DNA of 39,111 bases, taken from the NCBI GenBank assembly GCA_947630255.1, contig CANRGU010000001.1, positions 1-39,111 on the forward strand, in the 5' to 3' direction. The position numbers were made by a program, and so were the translations under genes. The notes under the pieces are model-generated. The model did not search any database and was not told the DNA's origin. It saw nothing but the letters and a program-made list of their open reading frames with translations. Positions within the stretch are counted from its first letter, which is position 1. Each line of letters starts with the position of its first letter. The DNA comes from an uncultured Clostridia bacterium. GTDB taxonomy: Bacteria > Bacillota > Clostridia > TANB77 > CAG-508. Of this stretch, positions 1 to 9,182 are shown piece by piece.

Positions 1-439
1 CTATAGTTAAAACATAAATAAATAATGCTATATTTAAATATTTTCTTTTAGTTGAATATTTATCTTGTTTAAATAACATCAATAATGTTACCAATATTAT
101 AGGAAGATAAAATGTTTTTACAAGTCCTTTTATTTGTACAAATATCATAGAAAATCCATATTTTGTATAGCTGTTTATTAAGAATATAGCAAAATATACA
201 GCAGTACATAAATAATATATTATAAGCTGCCATTTACTTTTTTTATCTACTTTTATTAGTGTGTAAATTATGATATAAACCATAAAAATAGCTCTTGCAA
301 ATATACCAATACTTAATTGATTTGATACATTTCTTACACATAAAGAGGTTATTATATCAATTATTGGTTGTAACATTATATATAATATAAAAATATTTTC
401 AAAATTTATTTTATTTTTTATAGCACTAATTTTTTTCAT
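1..439 (-). CDS. Wzy/O-antigen-ligase-like polytopic membrane protein, N-terminal ~146 codons only (gene continues past the left window edge)
   Basis: Absent from the ORF track because it is open at the window edge. The minus strand from ATG (437-439) reads MKKISAIKNKINFENIFILYIMLQPIIDIITSLCVRN... with no stop down to position 1. The sequence is strongly hydrophobic. An AGGA RBS-like element lies about 6 nt upstream. It is the last gene of the Wzx/GT operon. Confidence 0.5.
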   Translation of the reverse strand, partial: MKKISAIKNKINFENIFILYIMLQPIIDIITSLCVRNVSNQLSIGIFARAIFMVYIIIYTLIKVDKKSKWQLIIYYLCTAVYFAIFLINSYTKYGFSMIFVQIKGLVKTFYLPIILVTLLMLFKQDKYSTKRKYLNIALFIYVLTI

Positions 440-453
440 TTAAATCCTACTTT

Positions 454-1431
454 CTATTTTTTTATTTTAAATATGATTTTTACAATATAATAAAATTTTA
501 AATGTATTAAATAAAAAATTATTTTTCTATTTAAAGATAATAGCTTTATATATTTATTTTTAGAATAATTTTTAAAATTATTATTTATATATTCTAAAAT
601 AATATTTAATAATTCATCTTTTTCTTTTTTAGTTGAATTAATATTTGTAAGTATTCGTACTATGCAAGAAATATATAAATGATCTATTACTAAAAATTCA
701 ATTTCATTATAATATTTTTCAAAACAATTATTTTTCTTTGCATAATTTATTATTTCATTAAAGGCATCTATTAAATCTAAATTTTTTCGTAAATTATTAG
801 AATTCATAATTGAGCCTTGTCTTAATAAATAATTATATAAATTTTTAGGTAAGATACACATTTTTTTAGATTTTAAAAATAATTTAAAACTAAAATCAAT
901 GTCCTCATACCACACATTACTTCTGAATTTTAAATCATCATCTAATAAACTTCTTTTGATGATTTTATTACATGCACAAAGGTTTCCAAAAATCATTTGA
1001 GTATTAAAATCATATATTTCATATTCATTTGGAAATGTTTTTGAAGTTAATTCATATTGTTCATTTACCACATTAAAACCACATATTACAAAATCAGCTT
1101 GCTCTTGCAATATTTTATTGTACATTTCATAAACCATATTAGTTTCTATATAATCATCACTATCTACGAATATTACATAATCAGAAGTAACGAGTTTTAA
1201 TCCTGCATTTCTTGCAGCTCCAAGTCCCTTATTTTTTTGATTTATAACTTTAATAATACTAGTATATTTTGCATAATATTTATCAATTATTTTTCTGCAA
1301 TTATCGGTACTACCATCATTTACTATGATGATTTCGATGTCTTTGAATGTTTGATTTACCAAAGAATCTAAGCATTTTTCTAAATATTTTTCTACATTAT
1401 ATACTGGCACAATTATACTTACTTTAGCCAT
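454..1431 (-). CDS. Family 2 glycosyltransferase (GT-A fold)
   Basis: 325 aa. The N-terminus VSIIVPVYNVEKYLEKCLDSLVNQTFKDIEIIIVNDGSTDN and the later FVDSDD (DxD) motif are classic GT2. A GGTGG RBS precedes the ATG. Confidence 0.9.
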   Translation of the reverse strand: MAKVSIIVPVYNVEKYLEKCLDSLVNQTFKDIEIIIVNDGSTDNCRKIIDKYYAKYTSIIKVINQKNKGLGAARNAGLKLVTSDYVIFVDSDDYIETNMVYEMYNKILQEQADFVICGFNVVNEQYELTSKTFPNEYEIYDFNTQMIFGNLCACNKIIKRSLLDDDLKFRSNVWYEDIDFSFKLFLKSKKMCILPKNLYNYLLRQGSIMNSNNLRKNLDLIDAFNEIINYAKKNNCFEKYYNEIEFLVIDHLYISCIVRILTNINSTKKEKDELLNIILEYINNNFKNYSKNKYIKLLSLNRKIIFYLIHLKFYYIVKIIFKIKK

Positions 1432-1462
1432 TCTTTAACCACCTAAATTTATTTAATAATTA

Positions 1463-2413
1463 CTAATGAGATTTTAGCGTTAAATATATTTTAATCGGTA
1501 TAACATTGTTAGTATAAAGCATTTTACATATAAGTCGATTTTTAAAGCTTTCGTTTTTAAAATATTTATTATTTTTCCAATTAGGAAATTTATTTTTCAT
1601 TAAATTAATTATTTCTTTTCTTTTATTTTTACCTTCTTTGTAAAGTAAAAATCTTAATGATGCTTCGCGTAGTAAATGCATAATATAAAGATATTCTAGC
1701 TCTTCTTTATGATTATTTTGAAATTTTGAAGATAATTCTTCCATAACAGGAAATATATCTTCTAGTTTTTTACTGTATTTCATTTGGTTCATGGTAGAGC
1801 CATTTCTAATCAAATAATTATAAAGGTAAGAATCTATATATCCAATTTTATTAGTATATAACGCAAGTGTTGGGATCGTTGCTAAATCCTCATAAATACG
1901 ATTTTCTAAAAAGAAAATATTATTATTTATAATTAAATCTCGTTTAATTATTTTATTCCATGCTCCGCTTTCTCTAATAATATAATTATTATTAATATCA
2001 TTTGGATACATTAATCTATTAAAATTTTTCTTTTTTACATTATCTGTTACTAAATATTCGTTACAACAAACAATATCTAAGCCTTCGCTAAGTGCTTTAT
2101 TGTATAACTCTTCATACATATTAAGCTCTATCCAGTCATCACTATCTACAAATCCTATGTATTCTCCAGTAGCCTTTGTTATTCCTAAATTTCTGGCAGT
2201 GGCTTGTCCACCATTTTCTTTTATAAAAGACTTAATTTTGTCTGGATATTTAGCAGAATATTCATCTATTATGTTTTGCGAATTATCTGTGCTACCATCG
2301 TTTATTAAAATTATTTCTATGTCCTTTAATGTTTGATTTACTAGAGAATCTAAGCATTTATTTAAATATTGTTCTGTATTATATACAGGAATTATTACAC
2401 TTACTTTATACAT
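1463..2413 (-). CDS. Family 2 glycosyltransferase (GT-A fold), paralogue of the neighbouring gene
   Basis: 316 aa. Motifs VSVIIPVYNTEQYLNKCLDSLVNQTLKDIEIILINDGSTDN and FVDSDD. GGAGG RBS. Confidence 0.9.
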   Translation of the reverse strand: MYKVSVIIPVYNTEQYLNKCLDSLVNQTLKDIEIILINDGSTDNSQNIIDEYSAKYPDKIKSFIKENGGQATARNLGITKATGEYIGFVDSDDWIELNMYEELYNKALSEGLDIVCCNEYLVTDNVKKKNFNRLMYPNDINNNYIIRESGAWNKIIKRDLIINNNIFFLENRIYEDLATIPTLALYTNKIGYIDSYLYNYLIRNGSTMNQMKYSKKLEDIFPVMEELSSKFQNNHKEELEYLYIMHLLREASLRFLLYKEGKNKRKEIINLMKNKFPNWKNNKYFKNESFKNRLICKMLYTNNVIPIKIYLTLKSH

Positions 2414-2423
2414 TTTGCCTCCA

Positions 2424-3941
2424 TTATATATTAACTTTAAAAACTTTATTTATTGGCTTTTTTATTAAATCTTTTTCGTAATCATTTAATGCAAAAAACC
2501 ATAATAAAACTGAATATACTATAGTATATAATACAATTTTTAATCCTACAACAATTATATTAGAAGACATATACATATTATTAATTAAAAGTGTAGGAAC
2601 AAAAATTATTAACACAGGAATAGACATTTTGAATATATTTTTCCAAAATCTAGGTATATCTATATTTGCCTTTTTATAATAATATATATTCATAGTTATC
2701 CATTGTCCAAGAAGACATGCAAGACTTGTTCCAATTGCAGAACCTACTGAACCAAATTTTTTTGCAAGTGGTATACTTATAAATAAATTTGCTATTGCTA
2801 TAAAAAAGTATACAACAGTTCTAAATTTGTGCATATTTTTAGCTTGAAGAATATTTATTCCCACATTTTGTATTAATGGCACAATTGCAGGAACCATTAA
2901 TATTAATTCTGTCCAATAAGATTTTTCATAACCTTCTCCTGCCCAAATTTTAATAAATTCATGTCCAAATATAACAAATCCTGTAGTTATTAAAGCCATT
3001 ATTATATATTGAAGTCTACCAGTTTGAATAAATATATCAGAAATTTTTTCATCAGATTCTTTATTTTCTACAAGCATTGTAATTTTTGGAAGTAAAACTC
3101 CATTAATTGCAGTTGATAAAGAAATATATATGGTTTGTATTTGTGCTGCTACTGTATATATTGCAACTTCAACAGTTCCTACAACAGAACCTAATATAAA
3201 TTGATCAATATTTAAATTTATTTTATCAACAATTATTGCTAAAAATATAAAAAATGAATATCCAAAAATTTCTTTAAGCAATTTAGTATCAAATTTGCCG
3301 AATTTAAATTTTATTTTTATTATTGCTAAACAGTAAATTAAATTAATAACTAAACATGATATATTTAATACTGTTGTAACTACTGTCATTGCAACAGACC
3401 TATATCCCATATATAGCAAAGGAAGCATAATACATGGCATTAAAATAATTCTTACAATATTAACAACTTTAGAAAATATAAATTTTTCATAGGCTGTAAT
3501 TATAGAACCAAAAATACTTAAAGGGAATGTAAATACTAAATTAATAATTAGTATAATTGTCATTATTTTTGCTTTTTGTAACTCTTGAATAGTCATTGTA
3601 TCTGCAAACATATTATCAATATTAGCATAAAGTATTGCACCCATAATTCCAGCTACAACGCCTATAATAGAGTATATAATAAAAAACATTCCATTTAATT
3701 TATACTGTTCTTGAACTTGATTTTTTGCTCTATATCTAGATGTATATATAATTATTGCATTACCAAAACCTAAATCTAAAACAGTTAAATATCCAATAAT
3801 TGATGAAATTAATGAATAAGTTCCATATTCAGACTGTCCCATTATTCTTATCATTATAGGAGTATAAATTAATCCAACTAATATATTTAAAATAATAACT
3901 ACATATGATAAAATACTTCCAATTTTTATTTGGCTTTTCAT
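2424..3941 (-). CDS. Wzx/MOP-family polysaccharide (lipid-linked oligosaccharide) flippase
   Basis: 505 aa, hydrophobic throughout with about 12-14 helices. The size and architecture fit oligosaccharide flippases. AAGGAG RBS. It lies between glycosyltransferases. Confidence 0.8.
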   Translation of the reverse strand: MKSQIKIGSILSYVVIILNILVGLIYTPIMIRIMGQSEYGTYSLISSIIGYLTVLDLGFGNAIIIYTSRYRAKNQVQEQYKLNGMFFIIYSIIGVVAGIMGAILYANIDNMFADTMTIQELQKAKIMTIILIINLVFTFPLSIFGSIITAYEKFIFSKVVNIVRIILMPCIMLPLLYMGYRSVAMTVVTTVLNISCLVINLIYCLAIIKIKFKFGKFDTKLLKEIFGYSFFIFLAIIVDKINLNIDQFILGSVVGTVEVAIYTVAAQIQTIYISLSTAINGVLLPKITMLVENKESDEKISDIFIQTGRLQYIIMALITTGFVIFGHEFIKIWAGEGYEKSYWTELILMVPAIVPLIQNVGINILQAKNMHKFRTVVYFFIAIANLFISIPLAKKFGSVGSAIGTSLACLLGQWITMNIYYYKKANIDIPRFWKNIFKMSIPVLIIFVPTLLINNMYMSSNIIVVGLKIVLYTIVYSVLLWFFALNDYEKDLIKKPINKVFKVNI

Positions 3942-3954
3942 AGCATGCTCCTTA

Positions 3955-5109
3955 TTATAGTCCCATATTTTTTACAAGAAATTCATAAACTCTATTGCTA
4001 GAGTTTCCATCTTGAAATTTATGTGAAATTTGTTTCGTGTTTATTCGATTTTCCTTAGCGACATCATTCCCTGAGGCAACATTTGTAATAAACAATTTTA
4101 AATCTTCAAAATTATTTATATATTCACCTTTTATTACATCATAAATATTATCATATACAAATTCGAAAACTTTTTTGTATTCCTCTAAATCATCAGTAGT
4201 AATAGCAATTGGTTTATCTGTTAATAAATAATCATAATATACAGATGAATAATCAGTAATCAATGCATCAGTTTGCCCCAAAAATTCATATAGATTTATA
4301 TTATTTTTATTTAAATCTTCATTTGTAAATATAACAAAATTAGATAAATTTTCTGTTTTAATTACAGATAAATCTTGGGCAGGATGTGGCTTTAAAACTA
4401 ATAATATATTGTGTTTTTTCAAAACATCATTCAAAGCTTTAAGATCTTTTGTATTATAAATAACTGGTATTCCTAAATTAAATGTATTGTTCATACTTAA
4501 GCTGAAATCATTGCTTTCCCTTTGCCTATATGTAGGAAGCCAGAGTATTATTTTTTCATAATTTTTATTTTTTAAAATATTTTTAATATTTTTATTAGAA
4601 AATAAATCATCATTTCGAGGATAGCCTAAGTCTATAAATTTATTTCTATCTATGCCAGTCAATTCAGAGAGAATGTCATCAAAAAAAGGTGATAGACTAA
4701 GAAAATAATCTACATCTCCAATTAACTTACAATATTCTATAACTTTTTTGTATGGCATTCCATGTCCTAGATATAATCTTTTTTGATGTTTATTTCTTTT
4801 ATAAACTAATTTATTACAATCAATTATATATTTTGCATTTAGATGTATATAAAAATCTTTTATTTTTTCAAAGAAAGAAAGTTTTCCATAATGATTTATA
4901 AAATATACATTTTTTTCATGTATGTTGTTGTATAAAGTTTTATCATTAACAAACCAAAAAATTTTATAACTTTCATTAACTTTATTTTTTAGTAAATTAA
5001 GATATAAAGAATATGTATTATCAGATAAATCTGGATTGCTTTCTAATATTATATATTTTTTTAAATGTATAGGAAAATTATATATTATTTTTTTTAATGT
5101 TTTTTTCAT
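3955..5109 (-). CDS. CDP-glycerol glycerophosphotransferase family protein (TagB/TagF/TarF type)
   Basis: 384 aa. The C-terminal block LKPHP...ALITDYSSVYYDYLLTDKPI is characteristic of the TagB/TagF family. It starts 3 nt after the stop of the TagO-like gene. Confidence 0.85.
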   Translation of the reverse strand: MKKTLKKIIYNFPIHLKKYIILESNPDLSDNTYSLYLNLLKNKVNESYKIFWFVNDKTLYNNIHEKNVYFINHYGKLSFFEKIKDFYIHLNAKYIIDCNKLVYKRNKHQKRLYLGHGMPYKKVIEYCKLIGDVDYFLSLSPFFDDILSELTGIDRNKFIDLGYPRNDDLFSNKNIKNILKNKNYEKIILWLPTYRQRESNDFSLSMNNTFNLGIPVIYNTKDLKALNDVLKKHNILLVLKPHPAQDLSVIKTENLSNFVIFTNEDLNKNNINLYEFLGQTDALITDYSSVYYDYLLTDKPIAITTDDLEEYKKVFEFVYDNIYDVIKGEYINNFEDLKLFITNVASGNDVAKENRINTKQISHKFQDGNSSNRVYEFLVKNMGL

Positions 5110-5112
5110 AAT

Positions 5113-6201
5113 TTATACCTTTTTAACTTTATTTTTTTTAACTTTAAAAATATCTTTATAACCTATTGCTGCAATAGCAATAATTAAAAGAGCAAATGAA
5201 ATAGCTTTCCATATTCCACTTTCTAATAATATAATAGCAAACAAACCAAAAGTAGCACTTATTCCATATAGAATAAAAACAGCTTGTTTTTGAGAATATC
5301 CTCTATCAATTAATTTATGATGAAGGTGACCTCTGTCTGCTTTAAATACGGCTTTAAAAGATTTTTCTCTAATAATTCTTCTTATAATTGCAAAAGATGT
5401 ATCAAATATTGGTAAGGCAAGAACAAGCAAAGGTGCGATGATTATAATCGCTGTATATGTTTTTGCAATACCTAATATAGAAATAACTGACAACACAAAA
5501 CCTATAAAATTAGAACCAGTATCTCCCATAAAAGTTCTAGCTGGATTAAAATTAAATGGTAAAAATCCAAGCAAAGAACCTGCTAGCGCTGTTGCAAGTA
5601 TTATTGATATGATAGGAGAGGAATTTAATATAAATATTATCATTAAGCATATTGCTGAAATTAGGGAAACTCCAGTAGATAAGCCATCTAAGCCATCTAT
5701 TAAATTTATTGCATTAGTTATTCCTATAATCCATATAACTGTGAATATTCTTAAAAACCATTCGTTAGAAATAATAGTTCCAGCACGTGATATTATAATT
5801 TGATCCATAACTACACCACTAGAAACCACGATTATTGCAGCTATAAGTTGTCCCATTAATTTAACTAGTGGATTTATGCCTTTTGTATCATCTATATAAC
5901 AAAATAGCTCTAAAACGCATATCCCTAAGAATAAACCAATTAATTTTTTATAATAATTATTTGCAAATATATCTAATTTTTTTTCAATAACCATTGTAAC
6001 AATTAGATAGGTTGCAGAAACTAAAAAACCAATTACAATTGCAATTCCACCAAGACGTGGCATGATTTTTTTGTGTATTTTTCTTCCGTCTTTTGGTATA
6101 TCTAAAGCTTTAACTTTTCGAGCAAGTCTTACGGTGTAAGGTGTAAACACATATGCAGTTATAAAAGCAAGCAAAAATGTAATTGCAATATCTCCCCACA
6201 T
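5113..6201 (-). CDS. tagO: Polyprenyl-phosphate N-acetylhexosamine-1-phosphate transferase (TagO/WecA, MraY superfamily)
   Basis: 362 aa polytopic protein. The motifs NAINLIDGLDGLSTG and FMGDTGSNFIGF are diagnostic of the MraY/WecA/TagO family. GGAGG RBS. Confidence 0.88.
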   Translation of the reverse strand: MWGDIAITFLLAFITAYVFTPYTVRLARKVKALDIPKDGRKIHKKIMPRLGGIAIVIGFLVSATYLIVTMVIEKKLDIFANNYYKKLIGLFLGICVLELFCYIDDTKGINPLVKLMGQLIAAIIVVSSGVVMDQIIISRAGTIISNEWFLRIFTVIWIIGITNAINLIDGLDGLSTGVSLISAICLMIIFILNSSPIISIILATALAGSLLGFLPFNFNPARTFMGDTGSNFIGFVLSVISILGIAKTYTAIIIIAPLLVLALPIFDTSFAIIRRIIREKSFKAVFKADRGHLHHKLIDRGYSQKQAVFILYGISATFGLFAIILLESGIWKAISFALLIIAIAAIGYKDIFKVKKNKVKKV

Positions 6202-6235
6202 TTAAAATACCTCCAAATATTAATAGTCCATAATG

Positions 6236-6264
6236 ATTTTATCTTTAAAAGTCAGTTTTGTCAA
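6236..6264 (-). promoter_or_regulatory. Sigma-A type promoter for the tagO-like operon
   Basis: The minus strand reads TTGACA (6264-6259), a 17-nt spacer, then TAAAAT (6241-6236). This sits about 35 nt upstream of the GGAGG RBS and ATG at 6201. Confidence 0.6.
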
Positions 6265-6299
6265 CAGGTGTAAGTAATGTTTGGGTAGGCAATATTAAA

Positions 6300-6323
6300 G
6301 GGTAATTTCTATAGAAACTACCC
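6300..6323 (-). terminator. Rho-independent terminator after the second DltD-like gene
   Basis: The minus-strand RNA is GGGUAGUUUC-UAUA-GAAAUUACCC, a 10-bp stem with one G-U pair, followed by UUUAAUAUU. It starts 9 nt after the stop at 6332. Confidence 0.6.
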
Positions 6324-6331
6324 TAAATATA

Positions 6332-7366
6332 TTAGCTATTATATTCATTTAATAATTCATCAAAGTCTTTTTTAGTTAAATTTTTAAAATCCTGTTTAAA
6401 TCTAGTGTATTCGCTGTCCCACAGATTATATAAGTTATCTCCTTTATGATTTGGTAAATTATAATTTTCTTTTAAATATTTAGAAAAGTATAAAGTATAT
6501 TTTGTAGATCCATATATATTTAAGTGAGAAGAATTATAAAAATCAGTAGAAAAATCAATATTAGTAAAATTATCTAGTGTATTAAAGTTGAGTACCGTAA
6601 AATTATTTTCTTGTAAAATAGCACTAGCGGAATTTAGTCTATTATCAATAGGATTTTCAAACGATCTTTTTGGAATTACAAATAGTACATTTAAATTATT
6701 GTCTTTAATATAATCTATTAAATCTAACAAAATTTTTTTATTATCTTCTGGTAATTCCACAGCATCATTTGACCAAACATATTCATCAATAGGTTGTGTT
6801 TCAGACGTTGTCCTTGAAAATAAATAACCTTTGTATAAGTTAGTTCTATCTTCAAAACTTTGATTTGAAATATATTTCCAAAGGCTATGGTACAACGAAA
6901 TACCGAAATAATAATTAATATAATCTTTCTTTTTAATATTTGTATAGCTTAATAAATTGTTAATGGCATCTATTCTATTTTGAGAAAATTTCATAGTGTC
7001 AATACCGTGTCTAATTTCTCCCTCTGTTAAACTAGATAAAGAATAACCAAACATTGTTATATCAATAACATATAGGGAAGGAGTCTGATATTTTTGAGAT
7101 TCTTTAATAAGGTATTTAATTAGTGGAATAGGCTGTGAAGGAGAAGATAATATACCAGTTGTGTATCCATATAAATCATAAGCAAGCACAGAATTAAAAT
7201 GTATATAAGCATTACTGCTTCCTAAATAAATAACATCTAAAGAATTTTTTGGTTCGTCATAAAAATAAGAAACAGAATTTTCAGATATCCATAGAATTTT
7301 AAATGTATAACAAAATAAAACTACGAAAATAAGTAAAAATAATATACTTTTTAATAGATGCTTCAT
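6332..7366 (-). CDS. DltD-like / SGNH-type membrane-anchored acyl-transfer accessory protein (paralogue 2)
   Basis: 344 aa with an N-terminal signal-anchor helix. It has a YLGSSNAY (GSS block) and a C-terminal NSSHLNIYGSTKYT block. It is about half identical by eye to the 9183..10259 product that sits next to the MBOAT. Its start overlaps the VOC stop (TAATG). Confidence 0.55.
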   Translation of the reverse strand: MKHLLKSILFLLIFVVLFCYTFKILWISENSVSYFYDEPKNSLDVIYLGSSNAYIHFNSVLAYDLYGYTTGILSSPSQPIPLIKYLIKESQKYQTPSLYVIDITMFGYSLSSLTEGEIRHGIDTMKFSQNRIDAINNLLSYTNIKKKDYINYYFGISLYHSLWKYISNQSFEDRTNLYKGYLFSRTTSETQPIDEYVWSNDAVELPEDNKKILLDLIDYIKDNNLNVLFVIPKRSFENPIDNRLNSASAILQENNFTVLNFNTLDNFTNIDFSTDFYNSSHLNIYGSTKYTLYFSKYLKENYNLPNHKGDNLYNLWDSEYTRFKQDFKNLTKKDFDELLNEYNS

Positions 7367-7746
7367 TAATTTTCTCCTAATAACTCAATTAAACCTAGAT
7401 CCCACATTAAAAAAGCAACTTTTTTATTATTAAATAAAATTGCTTCTTTTGGTTCTCTAACAAGAAACGCACCATCATCAATTAAATTATTAATTGTTTT
7501 ATCTATATCATCTACTGAATAGCAAGTATGATATAAATATTGTCGCTTCTTTAATATATTATCAACTATTTTACCAGAAATCAACTCTATTTTAACATTA
7601 TTTTCTAAAGTAACCATACATAAATTAGCATTCTGATTGGCATCATATACTATTTTGCTTACATCAATAATATTAAAATATTTTTTTAACTTTGATAATG
7701 TTTCTTGTATGTTACTTGTTGCTATCCCTATATGATGGAAATTCAT
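7366..7746 (-). CDS. VOC (glyoxalase/methylmalonyl-CoA-epimerase-like) family protein
   Basis: 126 aa. The N-terminus MNFHHIGIATSNIQE and the overall size are typical of VOC-fold epimerases and glyoxalases. AGGAGTG RBS. Confidence 0.65.
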   Translation of the reverse strand: MNFHHIGIATSNIQETLSKLKKYFNIIDVSKIVYDANQNANLCMVTLENNVKIELISGKIVDNILKKRQYLYHTCYSVDDIDKTINNLIDDGAFLVREPKEAILFNNKKVAFLMWDLGLIELLGEN

Positions 7747-7794
7747 TTATTTATCACTCCTACATTTTATTTAAATTTTGTAATAGGTAAAATG

Positions 7795-7823
7795 AATATA
7801 CTATAAGTAACATAATTTGTCAA
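7795..7823 (-). promoter_or_regulatory. Sigma-A type promoter for the VOC / DltD-like-2 unit
   Basis: The minus strand reads TTAATTGACAAATTATGTTACTTATAGTATATT: TTGACA (7823-7818), 17 nt, TATATT (7800-7795). It is near-identical (28 of 33 nt) to the promoter at 13908-13936. Confidence 0.6.
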
Positions 7824-7847
7824 TTAATTACAATAAAATATTTTTTA

Positions 7848-8582
7848 CTACATAATATTTCCGTTTGTTATTGCTATATTTTGTCCAGTAATACAGTCTG
7901 CATTTTCAGATAGTAAAAATTTAAAAGTAGGAATAACATCACTGACTGATAAATTTTTACCTGTTGGACTATTCATTGCATTTTGCTGTACAATTAATTC
8001 AGGGATACTTTGTAAAAATTTTGTTTCCATCATGGTTGGGGATATACCATTAACTCTAATTCCCTTATCAGCATATTCATTAGAAAGGGCCTTAACAAGA
8101 CCTAATAGAGAATATTTTGAGGTCACGTAACTAGCAACATATTTTGGAGGAATATTAGTGGTACAAGATGTTAACATGACTATTATTTTTCCATATTTAT
8201 TTTTTACCATGTTTGGAATAAATGAATTTAAAATAATAACTAAAGAGCGAAGGCAGATATCTAGATCAGTTTTAAATTTATTCCATGTTAATTTAGTAAA
8301 TTTCATATTTTCATATTTGCCTGCTGGCAAATGAACAATGTGCGTTGGTATTTTGCCAGATTCCTTTATTTTTTCTACAAATTTATAAGTATCATCTTCA
8401 TCTAAAAAATTTCCTTCTAATAAAATAAGTTTATCTGCTAACTTCTCTTTTAAATCTAGCAATTTACTATTATCTCCTATATGATGTGCAATTATATAGT
8501 CATACTCGTTAAATACTTGTGTAATTAATTCTACACCTACATCAGATGAAGCACCTGTAATTAATAATACTTTTTCACTCAT
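7848..8582 (-). CDS. Short-chain dehydrogenase/reductase (FabG-like ketoreductase)
   Basis: Motifs LLITGASSDVGVELI (TGxxxGxG) and YVTSKYSLLGLVKAL (YxxxK). The ORF track extends to a TTG at 8594. I prefer the ATG at 8582, which overlaps the MaoC stop (ATGAGTGA). Confidence 0.85.
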   Translation of the reverse strand: MSEKVLLITGASSDVGVELITQVFNEYDYIIAHHIGDNSKLLDLKEKLADKLILLEGNFLDEDDTYKFVEKIKESGKIPTHIVHLPAGKYENMKFTKLTWNKFKTDLDICLRSLVIILNSFIPNMVKNKYGKIIVMLTSCTTNIPPKYVASYVTSKYSLLGLVKALSNEYADKGIRVNGISPTMMETKFLQSIPELIVQQNAMNSPTGKNLSVSDVIPTFKFLLSENADCITGQNIAITNGNIM

Positions 8583-8997
8583 CAAAAACACCAACTTTCA
8601 TAGTTCCCCTTACAACTTTTTGGGATTTATTATTTAAAATTTCAAAACGAATTGTAAATTGATTAAATATTTCATTAATTTCTATTACTGTTCCTTTAAT
8701 AGTTAATGGACTATCAGAAATAAATACAGGCTTTTTAAACAGAATATCCACACCATGTATAAGACTATATTTTCCGGGTATATATACTCCAGCAAGTGTA
8801 GATAAAAATGATGCAGTAAGCATTCCATAAACTACTTTTTCATTGTAACCTTTAGACTTTGCAAAATCTAAATCATTGTGCAAAGGATTAATATCTCCGG
8901 TTATATTACAAAAAGCCTTTACCATTTCTTCTGTTAAATTAACTTCAAACATTTCTTCTAAACCTATTTTTATATCTTTAAATTTATATTCATTCAT
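8575..8997 (-). CDS. MaoC-like hotdog-fold (R)-specific enoyl-thioester hydratase/dehydratase
   Basis: 140 aa. ITGDINPLHNDLDFAKSKGYNEKVVYGML is the MaoC dehydratase signature region. Confidence 0.85.
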   Translation of the reverse strand: MNEYKFKDIKIGLEEMFEVNLTEEMVKAFCNITGDINPLHNDLDFAKSKGYNEKVVYGMLTASFLSTLAGVYIPGKYSLIHGVDILFKKPVFISDSPLTIKGTVIEINEIFNQFTIRFEILNNKSQKVVRGTMKVGVFDE

Positions 8998-9084
8998 AAC
9001 AAATTCTCACTTCACATTATAAGAATAACGTTAATAAATTAAAATATTAACATACTTTATAAAGTATAATTATAAAGTGACATA

Positions 9085-9114
9085 ATTATATATTAAGTGA
9101 GATAAATCTGTCAA
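9085..9114 (-). promoter_or_regulatory. Sigma-A type promoter for the maoC-SDR unit
   Basis: The minus strand reads TTGACA (9114-9109), 18 nt, TATAAT (9090-9085). Both hexamers are consensus. Confidence 0.6.
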
Positions 9115-9137
9115 TAAATTAAAAATCTAAAAATATA

Positions 9138-9165
9138 GAATACACCATAAATTTATAGTGTATTC
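9138..9165 (-). terminator. Rho-independent terminator after the fkbH-acp-MBOAT-dltD-like unit
   Basis: GAATACAC (9138-9145) pairs with GTGTATTC (9158-9165) around a 12-nt loop. On the minus-strand RNA the hairpin is followed by UAUAUUUUUAGAUUUUU. Confidence 0.55.
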
Positions 9166-9182
9166 ATCTAAAAATAAAAATA

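Noticed and set aside
2100-5803. ORF-track entries 2100..2336 (+) and 5438..5803 (+)
   Set aside because: They lie wholly antisense inside well-supported genes (a GT2 and tagO-like). They have no RBS and their composition mirrors the opposite strand. They are shadow ORFs typical of AT-rich DNA.
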